From NCBI RefSeq assembly GCF_050920415.1, contig NZ_CP169309.1: DNA of 64,000 nucleotides; one strand, written 5' to 3'. The notes under the pieces are model-generated. The model was not told the origin of the DNA and searched no databases. It saw only the letters and a program-made list of their open reading frames with translations. Positions 25,310 to 34,572 of the stretch are shown in pieces. Within the stretch, counting starts at the first letter, position 1, and each line of letters opens with the position of its first letter. The stretch is from Escherichia coli (GTDB lineage Bacteria > Pseudomonadota > Gammaproteobacteria > Enterobacterales > Enterobacteriaceae). The position numbers and the translations under genes are program-made.

Positions 25310-25455
25310 GTAAACTCCGGGCTAATTCTCTGTCGCTATCATAGCGGTTTTTCAGTGACGAAGAAGATGTTGTTACTTTTCAATCCTTGCCGCTGTGGAA
25401 ATGAAGGAGTATGTTAATAATAACGTTCGTATACGAACAATTAAGATAGTAAGCA

Positions 25456-26049
25456 ATGAAACTGATCGTCGGGATGACAGGGGCTACCGGTGCGCCTCTT
25501 GGTGTGGCATTACTGCAAGCGCTGCGGGAGATGCCGAATGTCGAGACTCATCTGGTGATGTCGAAGTGGGCGAAAACCACTATTGAACTGGAAACGCCTT
25601 ACAGCGCTCGCGATGTTGCCGCCCTCGCTGACTTCAGCCATAACCCGGCGGATCAGGCTGCGACCATCTCTTCCGGCTCCTTTCGTACCGACGGCATGAT
25701 CGTTATTCCATGCAGTATGAAAACGCTCGCCGGTATCCGCGCTGGTTACGCCGATGGTCTCGTAGGGCGCGCGGCGGACGTCGTGCTCAAAGAAGGCCGC
25801 AAACTGGTGCTGGTGCCGCGTGAAATGCCGCTTAGCACCATCCATCTCGAAAATATGCTCGCACTTTCGCGCATGGGCGTGGCGATGGTGCCGCCGATGC
25901 CTGCCTTTTATAACCATCCCGAAACGGTAGATGACATTGTCCACCACGTGGTAGCCCGCGTGCTGGATCAATTTGGCCTCGAACATCCTCACGCCAGGCG
26001 CTGGCAAGGGTTGCCGCAGGCCCGGAATTTTTCTCAGGAGAATGAATAA
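25456..26049 (+). CDS. ecdB: UbiX/Pad1-like flavin prenyltransferase (decarboxylase B subunit)
   Basis: 197-aa ORF (MKLIVGMTGATGAPLGVALLQAL...), UbiX family. The ecdB name is as recalled for the E. coli O157 homologue. Confidence 0.85.
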   Translation: MKLIVGMTGATGAPLGVALLQALREMPNVETHLVMSKWAKTTIELETPYSARDVAALADFSHNPADQAATISSGSFRTDGMIVIPCSMKTLAGIRAGYADGLVGRAADVVLKEGRKLVLVPREMPLSTIHLENMLALSRMGVAMVPPMPAFYNHPETVDDIVHHVVARVLDQFGLEHPHARRWQGLPQARNFSQENE

Positions 26050-27476
26050 TGGCATTTGATGATTTACGCAGCTTTTTACAGGCGCTCGACGACCAGGGGC
26101 AATTGCTGAAAATCAGCGAAGAGGTGAATGCCGAGCCGGATCTGGCTGCCGCTGCCAACGCCACCGGGCGTATCGGCGACGGCGCGCCCGCGCTGTGGTT
26201 TGATAATATTCGCGGCTTTACCGATGCGCGCGTGGCGATGAACACCATCGGCTCCTGGCAGAACCACGCGATTTCCCTCGGGCTGCCACCGAACACACCG
26301 GTTAAAAAACAGATTGATGAGTTTATCCGCCGCTGGGATAACTTTCCCATTGCCCCGGAACGCCGCGCCAATCCTGCCTGGGCGCAGAACACCGTCGATG
26401 GCGACGAGATCAATTTGTTCAATATCCTGCCGCTGTTTCGTTTAAACGATGGCGATGGCGGTTTCTATCTCGACAAAGCGTGCGTGGTTTCCCGCGATCC
26501 GCTCGATCCGGATAACTTCGGCAAGCAGAACGTCGGCATCTATCGCATGGAAGTGAAGGGTAAGCGTAAGCTCGGCCTGCAACCGGTGCCGATGCACGAT
26601 ATCGCCCTGCATCTGCATAAAGCAGAAGAGCGCGGTGAAGATCTGCCGATTGCGATCACGCTCGGTAACGATCCGATCATCACCCTGATGGGCGCCACCC
26701 CGCTGAAATATGATCAATCGGAGTACGAAATGGCGGGCGCACTACGCGAAAGCCCGTACCCGATCGCCACCGCCCCGCTGACCGGTTTTGATGTGCCGTG
26801 GGGCTCGGAGGTGATCCTCGAAGGGGTAATCGAAAGCCGTAAACGCGAGATTGAAGGGCCGTTCGGTGAATTTACCGGCCACTACTCCGGCGGGCGCAAC
26901 ATGACCGTGGTGCGCATCGATAAAGTCTCTTACCGCACCAAACCGATTTTTGAATCGCTCTATCTCGGTATGCCGTGGACCGAAATCGACTACCTGATGG
27001 GGCCAGCCACCTGTGTGCCGCTGTATCAGCAACTGAAAGCCGAGTTCCCGGAAGTGCAGGCGGTGAACGCTATGTACACCCACGGCCTGCTGGCGATTAT
27101 CTCCACCAAAAAACGCTATGGCGGCTTTGCCCGCGCAGTGGGCCTGCGTGCGATGACCACGCCGCACGGTCTGGGTTATGTGAAGATGGTGATTATGGTC
27201 GATGAAGACGTTGACCCGTTCAACCTGCCGCAGGTGATGTGGGCGCTCTCGTCGAAAGTGAACCCGGCAGGCGATCTGGTGCAACTGCCGAATATGTCCG
27301 TGCTGGAACTCGACCCAGGCTCAAGCCCGGCGGGGATCACCGATAAGCTGATTATCGACGCCACCACGCCTGTCGCCCCGGACAACCGTGGCCACTACAG
27401 CCAGCCGGTGGTGGACTTACCGGAAACCAAAGCCTGGGCTGAAAAACTGACCGCTATGCTGGCCGCACGTAAATAA
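26049..27476 (+). CDS. ecdC: UbiD-family reversible hydroxyarylic acid decarboxylase (C subunit)
   Basis: 475-aa UbiD-like ORF, start overlapping the upstream stop. Confidence 0.85.
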   Translation: MAFDDLRSFLQALDDQGQLLKISEEVNAEPDLAAAANATGRIGDGAPALWFDNIRGFTDARVAMNTIGSWQNHAISLGLPPNTPVKKQIDEFIRRWDNFPIAPERRANPAWAQNTVDGDEINLFNILPLFRLNDGDGGFYLDKACVVSRDPLDPDNFGKQNVGIYRMEVKGKRKLGLQPVPMHDIALHLHKAEERGEDLPIAITLGNDPIITLMGATPLKYDQSEYEMAGALRESPYPIATAPLTGFDVPWGSEVILEGVIESRKREIEGPFGEFTGHYSGGRNMTVVRIDKVSYRTKPIFESLYLGMPWTEIDYLMGPATCVPLYQQLKAEFPEVQAVNAMYTHGLLAIISTKKRYGGFARAVGLRAMTTPHGLGYVKMVIMVDEDVDPFNLPQVMWALSSKVNPAGDLVQLPNMSVLELDPGSSPAGITDKLIIDATTPVAPDNRGHYSQPVVDLPETKAWAEKLTAMLAARK

Positions 27477-27486
27477 GGAGAACAAG

Positions 27487-27723
27487 ATGATTTGTCCACG
27501 TTGTGCCGATGAACAGATTGAAGTGATGGCGAAATCGCCGGTGAAAAATGTCTGGACGGTCTACCAGTGCCAGCATTGCCTTTATACCTGGCGCGATACT
27601 GAACCGCTACGCCGCACCAGCCGCGAACATTATCCCGAAGCCTTCCGCATGACGCAGAAAGATATTGATGACGCGCCGATGGTGCCGAGCATCCCGCCGC
27701 TGCTGGCGGAAGGTAAGCGCTAA
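27487..27723 (+). CDS. ecdD: Small decarboxylase-associated subunit D with a Cys-rich zinc-ribbon-like motif
   Basis: 78-aa ORF with CPRC...CQHC motifs, immediately downstream of the UbiD-like gene as in bsdBCD/vdcBCD-type operons. Confidence 0.75.
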   Translation: MICPRCADEQIEVMAKSPVKNVWTVYQCQHCLYTWRDTEPLRRTSREHYPEAFRMTQKDIDDAPMVPSIPPLLAEGKR

Positions 27724-27726
27724 ATA

Positions 27727-27757
27727 AAAGGTCCGATGCCCATCGGACCTTTTTATT
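27727..27757. terminator. Bidirectional rho-independent terminator between the convergent ecdD and ygbN genes
   Basis: Perfect hairpin aaaaggtccgatg-ggc-catcggacctttt with A-run and T-run flanks. Confidence 0.6.
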
Positions 27758-27761
27758 AAGG

Positions 27762-29126
27762 TCAAATTACCGCCCATACGCACCAGGTAATTAAGAATCC
27801 GGTAAAACCGAGAATGGTCGTTAACACTGTCCAGGTTTTCAGACCGTCTGCTACCGACAACCCCAGATATTTGGTCACAATCCAGAACCCTGAGTCATTA
27901 ATATGTGACGCGCCAAGCCCACCAAAGCAGGCTGCCAGCGTCACCAATACGCACTGAATCGGATTCAATCCCATCACCGCTTCTGAGAGTAACCCGCCGG
28001 TTGTCAGGATTGCTACGGTTGCTGACCCCTGCGATGCACGCAGCGCCAGTGAAATAATAAATGCGGCTGGTAACAGAGGCAGGTCAATCATTTGTAGCAT
28101 GTTGGCAAGGGCTTTGCCGACGCCCGATTCCACCAGCACTTTGCCAAATACCCCTCCAGCACCAGTAACCAAAATCACTACCGCCGCAGTGGGAAGGGCT
28201 GAGCCCATAATGTCGCTGGTGTGTTGTAAGCTCCAGCCGCGACGTAAAGCCAATAACCAGAATGCCAGCACCAGCGCAATCATTAGAGCTACCATTGGTG
28301 AGCCGATCAGCTGTAGCGTACCAAGCAGGGGATGCGAAGGCGGCATCAGTGTTGCGGAAACCGTACCCGCCATGATAATCGCGATAGGAATAACAATTAG
28401 CGAGGTGACCAGCGCGACGCCCGGTGGATTTATTTTATCGCTTAATTTTGTCGCGCCTTCCTCACTGGCCGGAGCCAGTTGCATCTGTTCCAGTACTTCC
28501 ACCGACATCGCATATTGGCGCTTATTGATTATTTTCGCTGCAAAGTAGCCAACAATCCCTACGGGAATAGAAATCGCAATACCGATGATGGTTAGCCAGC
28601 CGATGTCTGCGTGGAGTAACCCCGCTGCGGCGACAGGGCCTGGATGCGGCGGTACCGCCACATGAACAGTTAGCATGATTCCAGCGACAGGCAGGCCAAA
28701 TTTGAGTGGCGATATTTTGGCAACCTTGGCAAAACCGTAAATGATTGGCGCAAGAATAATAAAGCCGACATCAAAGAAGACGGGAATACCGAGGAAGAAC
28801 GCTGCCAGAGTCAGCGCAGCGATAGTTCGTTTGTCACCTAACTTGCGACTGAAATAATTAGCCAGTGACTCTGCACCACCAGAGTGTTCGATCATACGCC
28901 CCAGCATAGCGCCCAGACCAATAATAATAGTGACGGAACCAAGCACACCGCCCATCCCGGCGATCATCACTTTACCCACTTCGCCCGCCGGTATACCCGC
29001 CGCAAGTGCGACTAACAGGCTGACGAGGAGCAGAGCAACGAATGGTTGTACCTTTGCCTTGATGACCAGCAGCAACAGCATGATTACGCCAGTTAACGCA
29101 ATGCATAACAATGTAATTGTGGACAT
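27762..29126 (-). CDS. ygbN: GntP-family permease
   Basis: 454-aa polytopic membrane ORF, GntP family. Confidence 0.9.
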   Translation of the reverse strand: MSTITLLCIALTGVIMLLLLVIKAKVQPFVALLLVSLLVALAAGIPAGEVGKVMIAGMGGVLGSVTIIIGLGAMLGRMIEHSGGAESLANYFSRKLGDKRTIAALTLAAFFLGIPVFFDVGFIILAPIIYGFAKVAKISPLKFGLPVAGIMLTVHVAVPPHPGPVAAAGLLHADIGWLTIIGIAISIPVGIVGYFAAKIINKRQYAMSVEVLEQMQLAPASEEGATKLSDKINPPGVALVTSLIVIPIAIIMAGTVSATLMPPSHPLLGTLQLIGSPMVALMIALVLAFWLLALRRGWSLQHTSDIMGSALPTAAVVILVTGAGGVFGKVLVESGVGKALANMLQMIDLPLLPAAFIISLALRASQGSATVAILTTGGLLSEAVMGLNPIQCVLVTLAACFGGLGASHINDSGFWIVTKYLGLSVADGLKTWTVLTTILGFTGFLITWCVWAVI

Positions 29127-29213
29127 GGGAAACCCTGTCTGAAAGTTATAGTTAACCTACCCCTCCGTAGATGGGGGGATGTATGGGTACGTTGTAATTA
29201 GGGATTTAACGAA

Positions 29214-29990
29214 TTAGCGCCAGGCGTCAAACCAGCCAAGCCCTTCTTCGGTGAGGCCACGAGGTTTATATTCACAACCGATCCAGCCCTGATATCCCAC
29301 CTCATCGAACAGGCGGAACAGCCACGGATAGTTGATTTCTCCATCGTCCGGTTCATGTCGATCAGGTAGTCCGGCAATTTGTACGTGCGCATATTTCCCG
29401 GCGTAGTCGCGGATTAAATGCGTCAGGTTGCCATCTACTTTTTGCGCATGAAAAGTATCTAGTTGAATAAACACGTTATCTCGCGCAACTTCTTCAACAA
29501 TAGCCAGTGCCTGATACTGGCTGGAGAAGAGATAATGAGGCTTAACGCCGGGGCTGAGTGCTTCAACTAATATTCGCTTGCCGTGTGGCGCAAAGCGGTC
29601 GGCAGCGTAGCGGAGATTATCGATAAATACTGCCCTGTACCGTTCAGCATCTTCGCCAGCGGGCACGACGCCTGCCATCACATGGACTTGTTCACAATTG
29701 AGCGCCAATGCATATTCCAGTGCCAGGTCGATGTCTGCGTGTGCTTCGTGCTCACGTCCGGGAAGGGCGGATAATCCCCATTCCCCCGCATTAATATCTC
29801 CGGGAGCGGTATTGAACAGCGCCAGTGTCAGATGGTTTTGCTCCAGTTGCTTTTGGATTTGCAGGGTGGAGTAGTTATAGGGAAACAGAAATTCCACAGC
29901 ATCGAACCCGGCTTTTCGCGCTGCGGCGAAGCGTTCAATAAAAGGCACTTCGGTGAACATCATGGATAAATTAGCTGCAAAACGAGGCAT
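29214..29990 (-). CDS. ygbM: Hydroxypyruvate isomerase-like TIM-barrel enzyme (2-oxo-tetronate isomerase)
   Basis: 258-aa ORF, xylose isomerase-like TIM barrel family. Confidence 0.88.
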   Translation of the reverse strand: MPRFAANLSMMFTEVPFIERFAAARKAGFDAVEFLFPYNYSTLQIQKQLEQNHLTLALFNTAPGDINAGEWGLSALPGREHEAHADIDLALEYALALNCEQVHVMAGVVPAGEDAERYRAVFIDNLRYAADRFAPHGKRILVEALSPGVKPHYLFSSQYQALAIVEEVARDNVFIQLDTFHAQKVDGNLTHLIRDYAGKYAHVQIAGLPDRHEPDDGEINYPWLFRLFDEVGYQGWIGCEYKPRGLTEEGLGWFDAWR

Positions 29991-29994
29991 TGCA

Positions 29995-30633
29995 TTAACT
30001 CCTTAATTCCGCAATTTCACCTGCGGTCAGATAACGGATCGGGCGGTCACCGAGAATAAAAATCAGCTTTGCCGTTTCCTCCAGCTCTTCCATATTGTTG
30101 GCGGCTTCTTGCAGGCTTTCACCGCAAACCACTGGGCCATGATTTGCCAGTAAAAAAGCCTGATTGTCTGCTGCCAGTTCCGCCAGATCCTGTGCGATGC
30201 GTTTATCGCCCGGTCGGTAATAAGGCACCAGCGGGATATTTCCCATCCGCATCACCACGTATGGTGTGAACGGACGAATAACGTTGCTGCTGTCCAGCCC
30301 TTGCAGGCAGGAAAGCGCCGTCGACCATGTGCTGTGCAAATGCACCACCGCTTTACAGCGCGGATTGTTGCGATACAGCGCCAGATGAAAGAGCACCTCT
30401 TTCGAGGGTTTGTCACCACTTAACCATTCGCCATCCGCGGCGACTTTGGAAAGCCGCTGCGGATCGAGATTGCCCAGGCATGAACCTGTCGGTGTCGCCA
30501 GTAAATTCCCGTCAGGTAAAAGCAGCGACAGATTGCCAGCCGAACCGGTTGCATAGCCGCGCTGAAAGAATGAACTGGCAATCCGCGTCATCTCCTCTCG
30601 CAAAGACTGCTCTACTTTTGCGAAATCGCTCAT
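29995..30633 (-). CDS. ygbL: Class II aldolase/adducin-family protein (3-oxo-tetronate 4-phosphate decarboxylase)
   Basis: 212-aa ORF, class II aldolase fold. Confidence 0.88.
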   Translation of the reverse strand: MSDFAKVEQSLREEMTRIASSFFQRGYATGSAGNLSLLLPDGNLLATPTGSCLGNLDPQRLSKVAADGEWLSGDKPSKEVLFHLALYRNNPRCKAVVHLHSTWSTALSCLQGLDSSNVIRPFTPYVVMRMGNIPLVPYYRPGDKRIAQDLAELAADNQAFLLANHGPVVCGESLQEAANNMEELEETAKLIFILGDRPIRYLTAGEIAELRS

Positions 30634-31892
30634 GATAAAAACTCTCTTTGGGCTCGTGAAAAAAAGGCTTCATCACCGAAGTTGCCAGATTTAAGGGCGA
30701 GTGAGACAGGCTTATCCAGTGCGTTTACCCACGGCACGCCGGGGGAAATGGTTGGGCCAATATGAAACCCTTTTATTCTCAGGCTCTGTGTGACTACGCC
30801 GGAGGTCTCACCGCCTGCGACAATAAAGCGTGTCACGCCTTCCGCTGCTAACCGCGCCGCTAGTTGAGAAAACAGTGTTTCTACTGCCTGACTGGCTTTT
30901 TGTGCACCGTATTGCTGTTGAATTGCTGCCAATGCGTCAGTGCTGGCGGTGGCAAAAACCAGTGGAGCAAGTACACCTTCCTGGCCCAGAACCCACTCTG
31001 CCAGCTCGTGTGCATAAGCGGCCAGAGTTTCGGTTGAGAGGCAGCGTGCCACATCAACTTCACGGGCTGGTGCAATTTGACGGTAATGTGCTACCTGGCG
31101 GTTGGTCATTTGAGAGCATGAACCGGAGAGCACTACGCCGCGCCCAGCGAGCGGATGCCCTGCTTTGCGAGCCTGGTTACCGTTTTCTTGCGCCCACTGC
31201 CGGGCAAGGCCAATCGCCAGACCAGAACCGCCCGTTACCAGTGGGGCATCGCGCAAGGCTTCCCCCTGAATTTCCAGATGGTGTTCGGTCAGCGCATCAA
31301 GCACCGCGTAGCGGTAGCCCTCTTGCTGTAAGCGAGCCAGCTCTTGACGAACGGCATCCACACCTTGTTCGAAAACATGTGCCGAAACGACGCCGCAGCG
31401 CCCTGTGGATTGCGCTTCAACCAGACGGGGAAGATAGCTGTCGGTCATGGGATTTACCGGGTGATGGCGCATCCCGGATTCGGCCAGCAGTTGATTCATT
31501 ACGAACAAATACCCCTGATAAACCGTACGTCCGTTGACCGGCAGGGCCGGAGAGAAGACCGTAAACGGCGTGTCGAGAGCATCCATTAATGCATCGGTAA
31601 CCGGGCCGATATTACCTTTCGCCGTACTGTCGAAAGTAGAGCAGTATTTGAAATAGATCTGTTTGCAACCTTGCTGTTGCAACCAGCTCAGAGCCGCCAG
31701 CGATTGCTGTGTGGCTTCAACCACCGGACAGGAACGCGTTTTCAGGCTGATCACCAGTGCGTCGATTGCTTCCGGCATTTTACCTGTTGGAACACCGTTA
31801 ATTTGTACCGTTGGTAGACCGTTTTCCACCAGAAAACTGGCGATATCCGTCGCGCCGGTAAAATCATCGGCGATAACGCCAATCTTGATCAT
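30630..31892 (-). CDS. ygbK: Four-carbon acid sugar kinase (3-oxo-tetronate kinase)
   Basis: 420-aa ORF; 4-nt overlap with ygbL. Confidence 0.85.
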   Translation of the reverse strand: MIKIGVIADDFTGATDIASFLVENGLPTVQINGVPTGKMPEAIDALVISLKTRSCPVVEATQQSLAALSWLQQQGCKQIYFKYCSTFDSTAKGNIGPVTDALMDALDTPFTVFSPALPVNGRTVYQGYLFVMNQLLAESGMRHHPVNPMTDSYLPRLVEAQSTGRCGVVSAHVFEQGVDAVRQELARLQQEGYRYAVLDALTEHHLEIQGEALRDAPLVTGGSGLAIGLARQWAQENGNQARKAGHPLAGRGVVLSGSCSQMTNRQVAHYRQIAPAREVDVARCLSTETLAAYAHELAEWVLGQEGVLAPLVFATASTDALAAIQQQYGAQKASQAVETLFSQLAARLAAEGVTRFIVAGGETSGVVTQSLRIKGFHIGPTISPGVPWVNALDKPVSLALKSGNFGDEAFFSRAQREFLS

Positions 31893-32797
31893 GATTTCGC
31901 TCCCGGTAGAGTGATGCCAGAGAAAATCTTGATAACTGCGCTATCGTCTTCTTTCCCGTAACCCGCGTTACTGGCGCTGGTGAACATATTCAATGCTGTT
32001 GAGGCCAATGGCAGCGGGAAGTGCAGGGCTTTGGCTGTATCGGCAACCAGACCAAGATCCTTAACAAAAATATCGACGGCTGAATGCGGGGTGTAATCGC
32101 CATCCACCACATGACGCATCCGGTTTTCGAACATCCAGGAATTTCCGGCAGCATTGGTCACGACGTCATACATCACATCCAGCGGGATCCCCGCACGGGC
32201 TGCAAGTGCCATCGCTTCGGCTCCGGCAGCAATATGTACGCCCGCTAACAACTGGTGAATAATTTTTACGGTCGAACCTAGTCCCGGTTCTGCACCTATG
32301 CGATAAACTTTTCCGGCAACGGCTTCCAGCACGGGTGCCAGTCGTTCAAAGGCAATATCGCTACCGGAGGCCATGACAGTCATTTCACCGTTAGCGGCTT
32401 TTACTGCACCACCAGAAACTGGCGCATCCAGCATTTCCAGATCGAATCCAGCCAGAGCGGTAGCAATTTCTTGCGCATCAGCACTAGCGATAGTGGAAGA
32501 AACCATTACTGCCGTACCGGGTTTCAGATGTTGTGCAACGCCTGTTTCACCAAACAGCACCTGTTTAACCTGGGCTGCATTGACCACCAGCACCAGCAGA
32601 GCGTCCAGTTTTTCGGCAAACGTCGCGGCGTTATCAGAAACCCCGCAAGCACCTGCCTCTTTCAACGTAGCGCAGGCATTGCTGTTCAGGTCTGCGCCCC
32701 AGGTAGAAAGACCTGCGCGGACACATGACAGTGCTGCTCCCATTCCCATTGACCCTAAGCCAACGATACCGACATGAAACTCAGATCCCGTTTTCAT
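31889..32797 (-). CDS. ygbJ: NAD-dependent 3-hydroxyisobutyrate dehydrogenase-like enzyme (L-threonate dehydrogenase)
   Basis: 302-aa ORF with a Rossmann motif (GIVGLGSMG). Confidence 0.9.
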   Translation of the reverse strand: MKTGSEFHVGIVGLGSMGMGAALSCVRAGLSTWGADLNSNACATLKEAGACGVSDNAATFAEKLDALLVLVVNAAQVKQVLFGETGVAQHLKPGTAVMVSSTIASADAQEIATALAGFDLEMLDAPVSGGAVKAANGEMTVMASGSDIAFERLAPVLEAVAGKVYRIGAEPGLGSTVKIIHQLLAGVHIAAGAEAMALAARAGIPLDVMYDVVTNAAGNSWMFENRMRHVVDGDYTPHSAVDIFVKDLGLVADTAKALHFPLPLASTALNMFTSASNAGYGKEDDSAVIKIFSGITLPGAKS

Positions 32798-32962
32798 CTG
32801 CTCTCCTTGTTAATTTAAGTGATATTTTGTTTGATATTGTGAATATAAGCGCTGGAAGATAACGATATGGTGAGCTGATTCACAAAAATTAACATTATGT
32901 GTTATTTTATGTGAACTAAGCGTTAGTTGCGCCGCGCACGTTTCGCAGGCAAATAGCGTAGA

Positions 32963-33760
32963 ATGTCAGCAGGACAAAGGAAGGAGCAAAAGTTGATACC
33001 CGTAGAGCGTCGCCAAATCATCCTTGAGATGGTAGCTGAAAAAGGCATTGTCAGTATTGCTGAACTAACGGACAGAATGAATGTGTCACATATGACCATT
33101 CGTCGGGATTTACAAAAACTGGAGCAGCAGGGAGCCGTTGTGCTGGTGTCCGGAGGCGTCCAGTCTCCGGGACGCGTGGCGCATGAACCTTCTCATCAGG
33201 TAAAAACTGCGCTGGCAATGACGCAAAAAGCGGCTATTGGCAAGCTGGCGGCAAGTCTTGTTCAGCCGGGAAGTTGTATCTATCTGGATGCGGGAACGAC
33301 CACGCTAGCGATAGCACAGCATCTGATTCACATGGAGTCACTGACTGTGGTCACAAACGATTTCGTTATTGCGGACTACTTGCTCGACAACAGTAATTGC
33401 ACAATTATTCACACTGGCGGTGCAGTGTGTCGGGAAAACCGTTCCTGTGTCGGGGAAGCCGCTGCGACCATGCTGCGCAGCCTGATGATTGATCAGGCTT
33501 TTATTTCTGCATCGTCATGGAGTGTGCGGGGGATTTCTACGCCAGCGGAAGATAAAGTCACGGTGAAACGGGCGATTGCCAGTGCCAGCCGCCAGCGAGT
33601 TTTGGTCTGTGATGCGACGAAATATGGTCAGGTGGCGACATGGCTGGCGTTACCATTAAGCGAGTTTGATCAGATTATTACAGACGACGGTTTGCCGGAG
33701 AGTGCCAGTCGCGCGCTGGCGAAGCAGGATCTCTCTTTGCTGGTAGCGAAAAATGAATAA
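32963..33760 (+). CDS. ygbI: DeoR-family transcriptional repressor
   Basis: DeoR HTH (MNVSHMTIRRDL); the ORF track starts at 32963, but a TTG start at 32993 would give the 255-aa form; divergent from ygbJ. Confidence 0.85.
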   Translation: MSAGQRKEQKLIPVERRQIILEMVAEKGIVSIAELTDRMNVSHMTIRRDLQKLEQQGAVVLVSGGVQSPGRVAHEPSHQVKTALAMTQKAAIGKLAASLVQPGSCIYLDAGTTTLAIAQHLIHMESLTVVTNDFVIADYLLDNSNCTIIHTGGAVCRENRSCVGEAAATMLRSLMIDQAFISASSWSVRGISTPAEDKVTVKRAIASASRQRVLVCDATKYGQVATWLALPLSEFDQIITDDGLPESASRALAKQDLSLLVAKNE

Positions 33761-33810
33761 TGGCCTGCAATAACACCGGGTTACTCATGCTTCACAGAAG
33801 AAGCATGAGA

Positions 33811-34467
33811 CTACTTTATTTTATAAAATGACAGCCGCCCGCTTTTCGGCGATCCGGTATCAATATAAATCTGGTTTGCGAACGTCTGGATGTTATCAAA
33901 CATCATATGACCGAAGATAAAGCAGTCGGCGCCGTTTATTTCCTGTAACTCGCCTTTGAGCGATTTCAGTACGCGATCAACAGGCCAGAGCAATTCTCTC
34001 TCCGCTATTTCTTTGCCAAAGAGATATTCATTCCCCGGATAATCTGCATGCGCGATGACATATTTTATTATGTCGTTAGTGATTTCAACAATATGCGGAA
34101 GATTATGAAAACGTAGCAACAGGTCTATTGCTTCTTTTTGTTCCGTATCACTTAACTCAAAGAACCAGTCGCCACCGCTGGCAAGCCACATATTGCCATC
34201 GCCGGTCGCGAACGCATCCAATGCCATCGCTTCATGGTTGCCTTTAACCGATGTAAACCAGGGCTGGTTTAGCAGGCGCAGCACGTTAAGACTCTCCGGC
34301 CCACGATCAATATTATCGCCGACAGAAATAAGTAAGTCGATTTCAGGGCAAAAAGAGAGTTGATGTAAGCGGGATTGTAATAATTGATAGTCACCATGAA
34401 TATCACCAACGGCCCATATATGGCGATAGTGATGGGCATTAATTTTTTGATAGCGTGTAGATGGCAT
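33811..34467 (-). CDS. pphB: Serine/threonine protein phosphatase 2
   Basis: 218-aa ORF with calcineurin-like phosphoesterase motifs (GDIHG, GDNIDRG, GNHE). Confidence 0.92.
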   Translation of the reverse strand: MPSTRYQKINAHHYRHIWAVGDIHGDYQLLQSRLHQLSFCPEIDLLISVGDNIDRGPESLNVLRLLNQPWFTSVKGNHEAMALDAFATGDGNMWLASGGDWFFELSDTEQKEAIDLLLRFHNLPHIVEITNDIIKYVIAHADYPGNEYLFGKEIAERELLWPVDRVLKSLKGELQEINGADCFIFGHMMFDNIQTFANQIYIDTGSPKSGRLSFYKIK

Positions 34468-34572
34468 GGTTTTACCCTGTAAAATAAGATTTCCTATTAT
34501 ACAGGGTATTTTTATTTGATTTGTCAGTTGTCGTTAATATTCCCGATAGCAAAAAACTATCGGGAATTGTTA

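Noticed and set aside
34468-34572. Hairpins (ccctgta...tacaggg and cccgatag...ctatcggg) between pphB and mutS as candidate terminators
   Set aside because: Neither hairpin is followed by a proper T-run on the strand where it would terminate mutS; they may be weak terminators or promoter-region structure, but the evidence is insufficient to call a feature.
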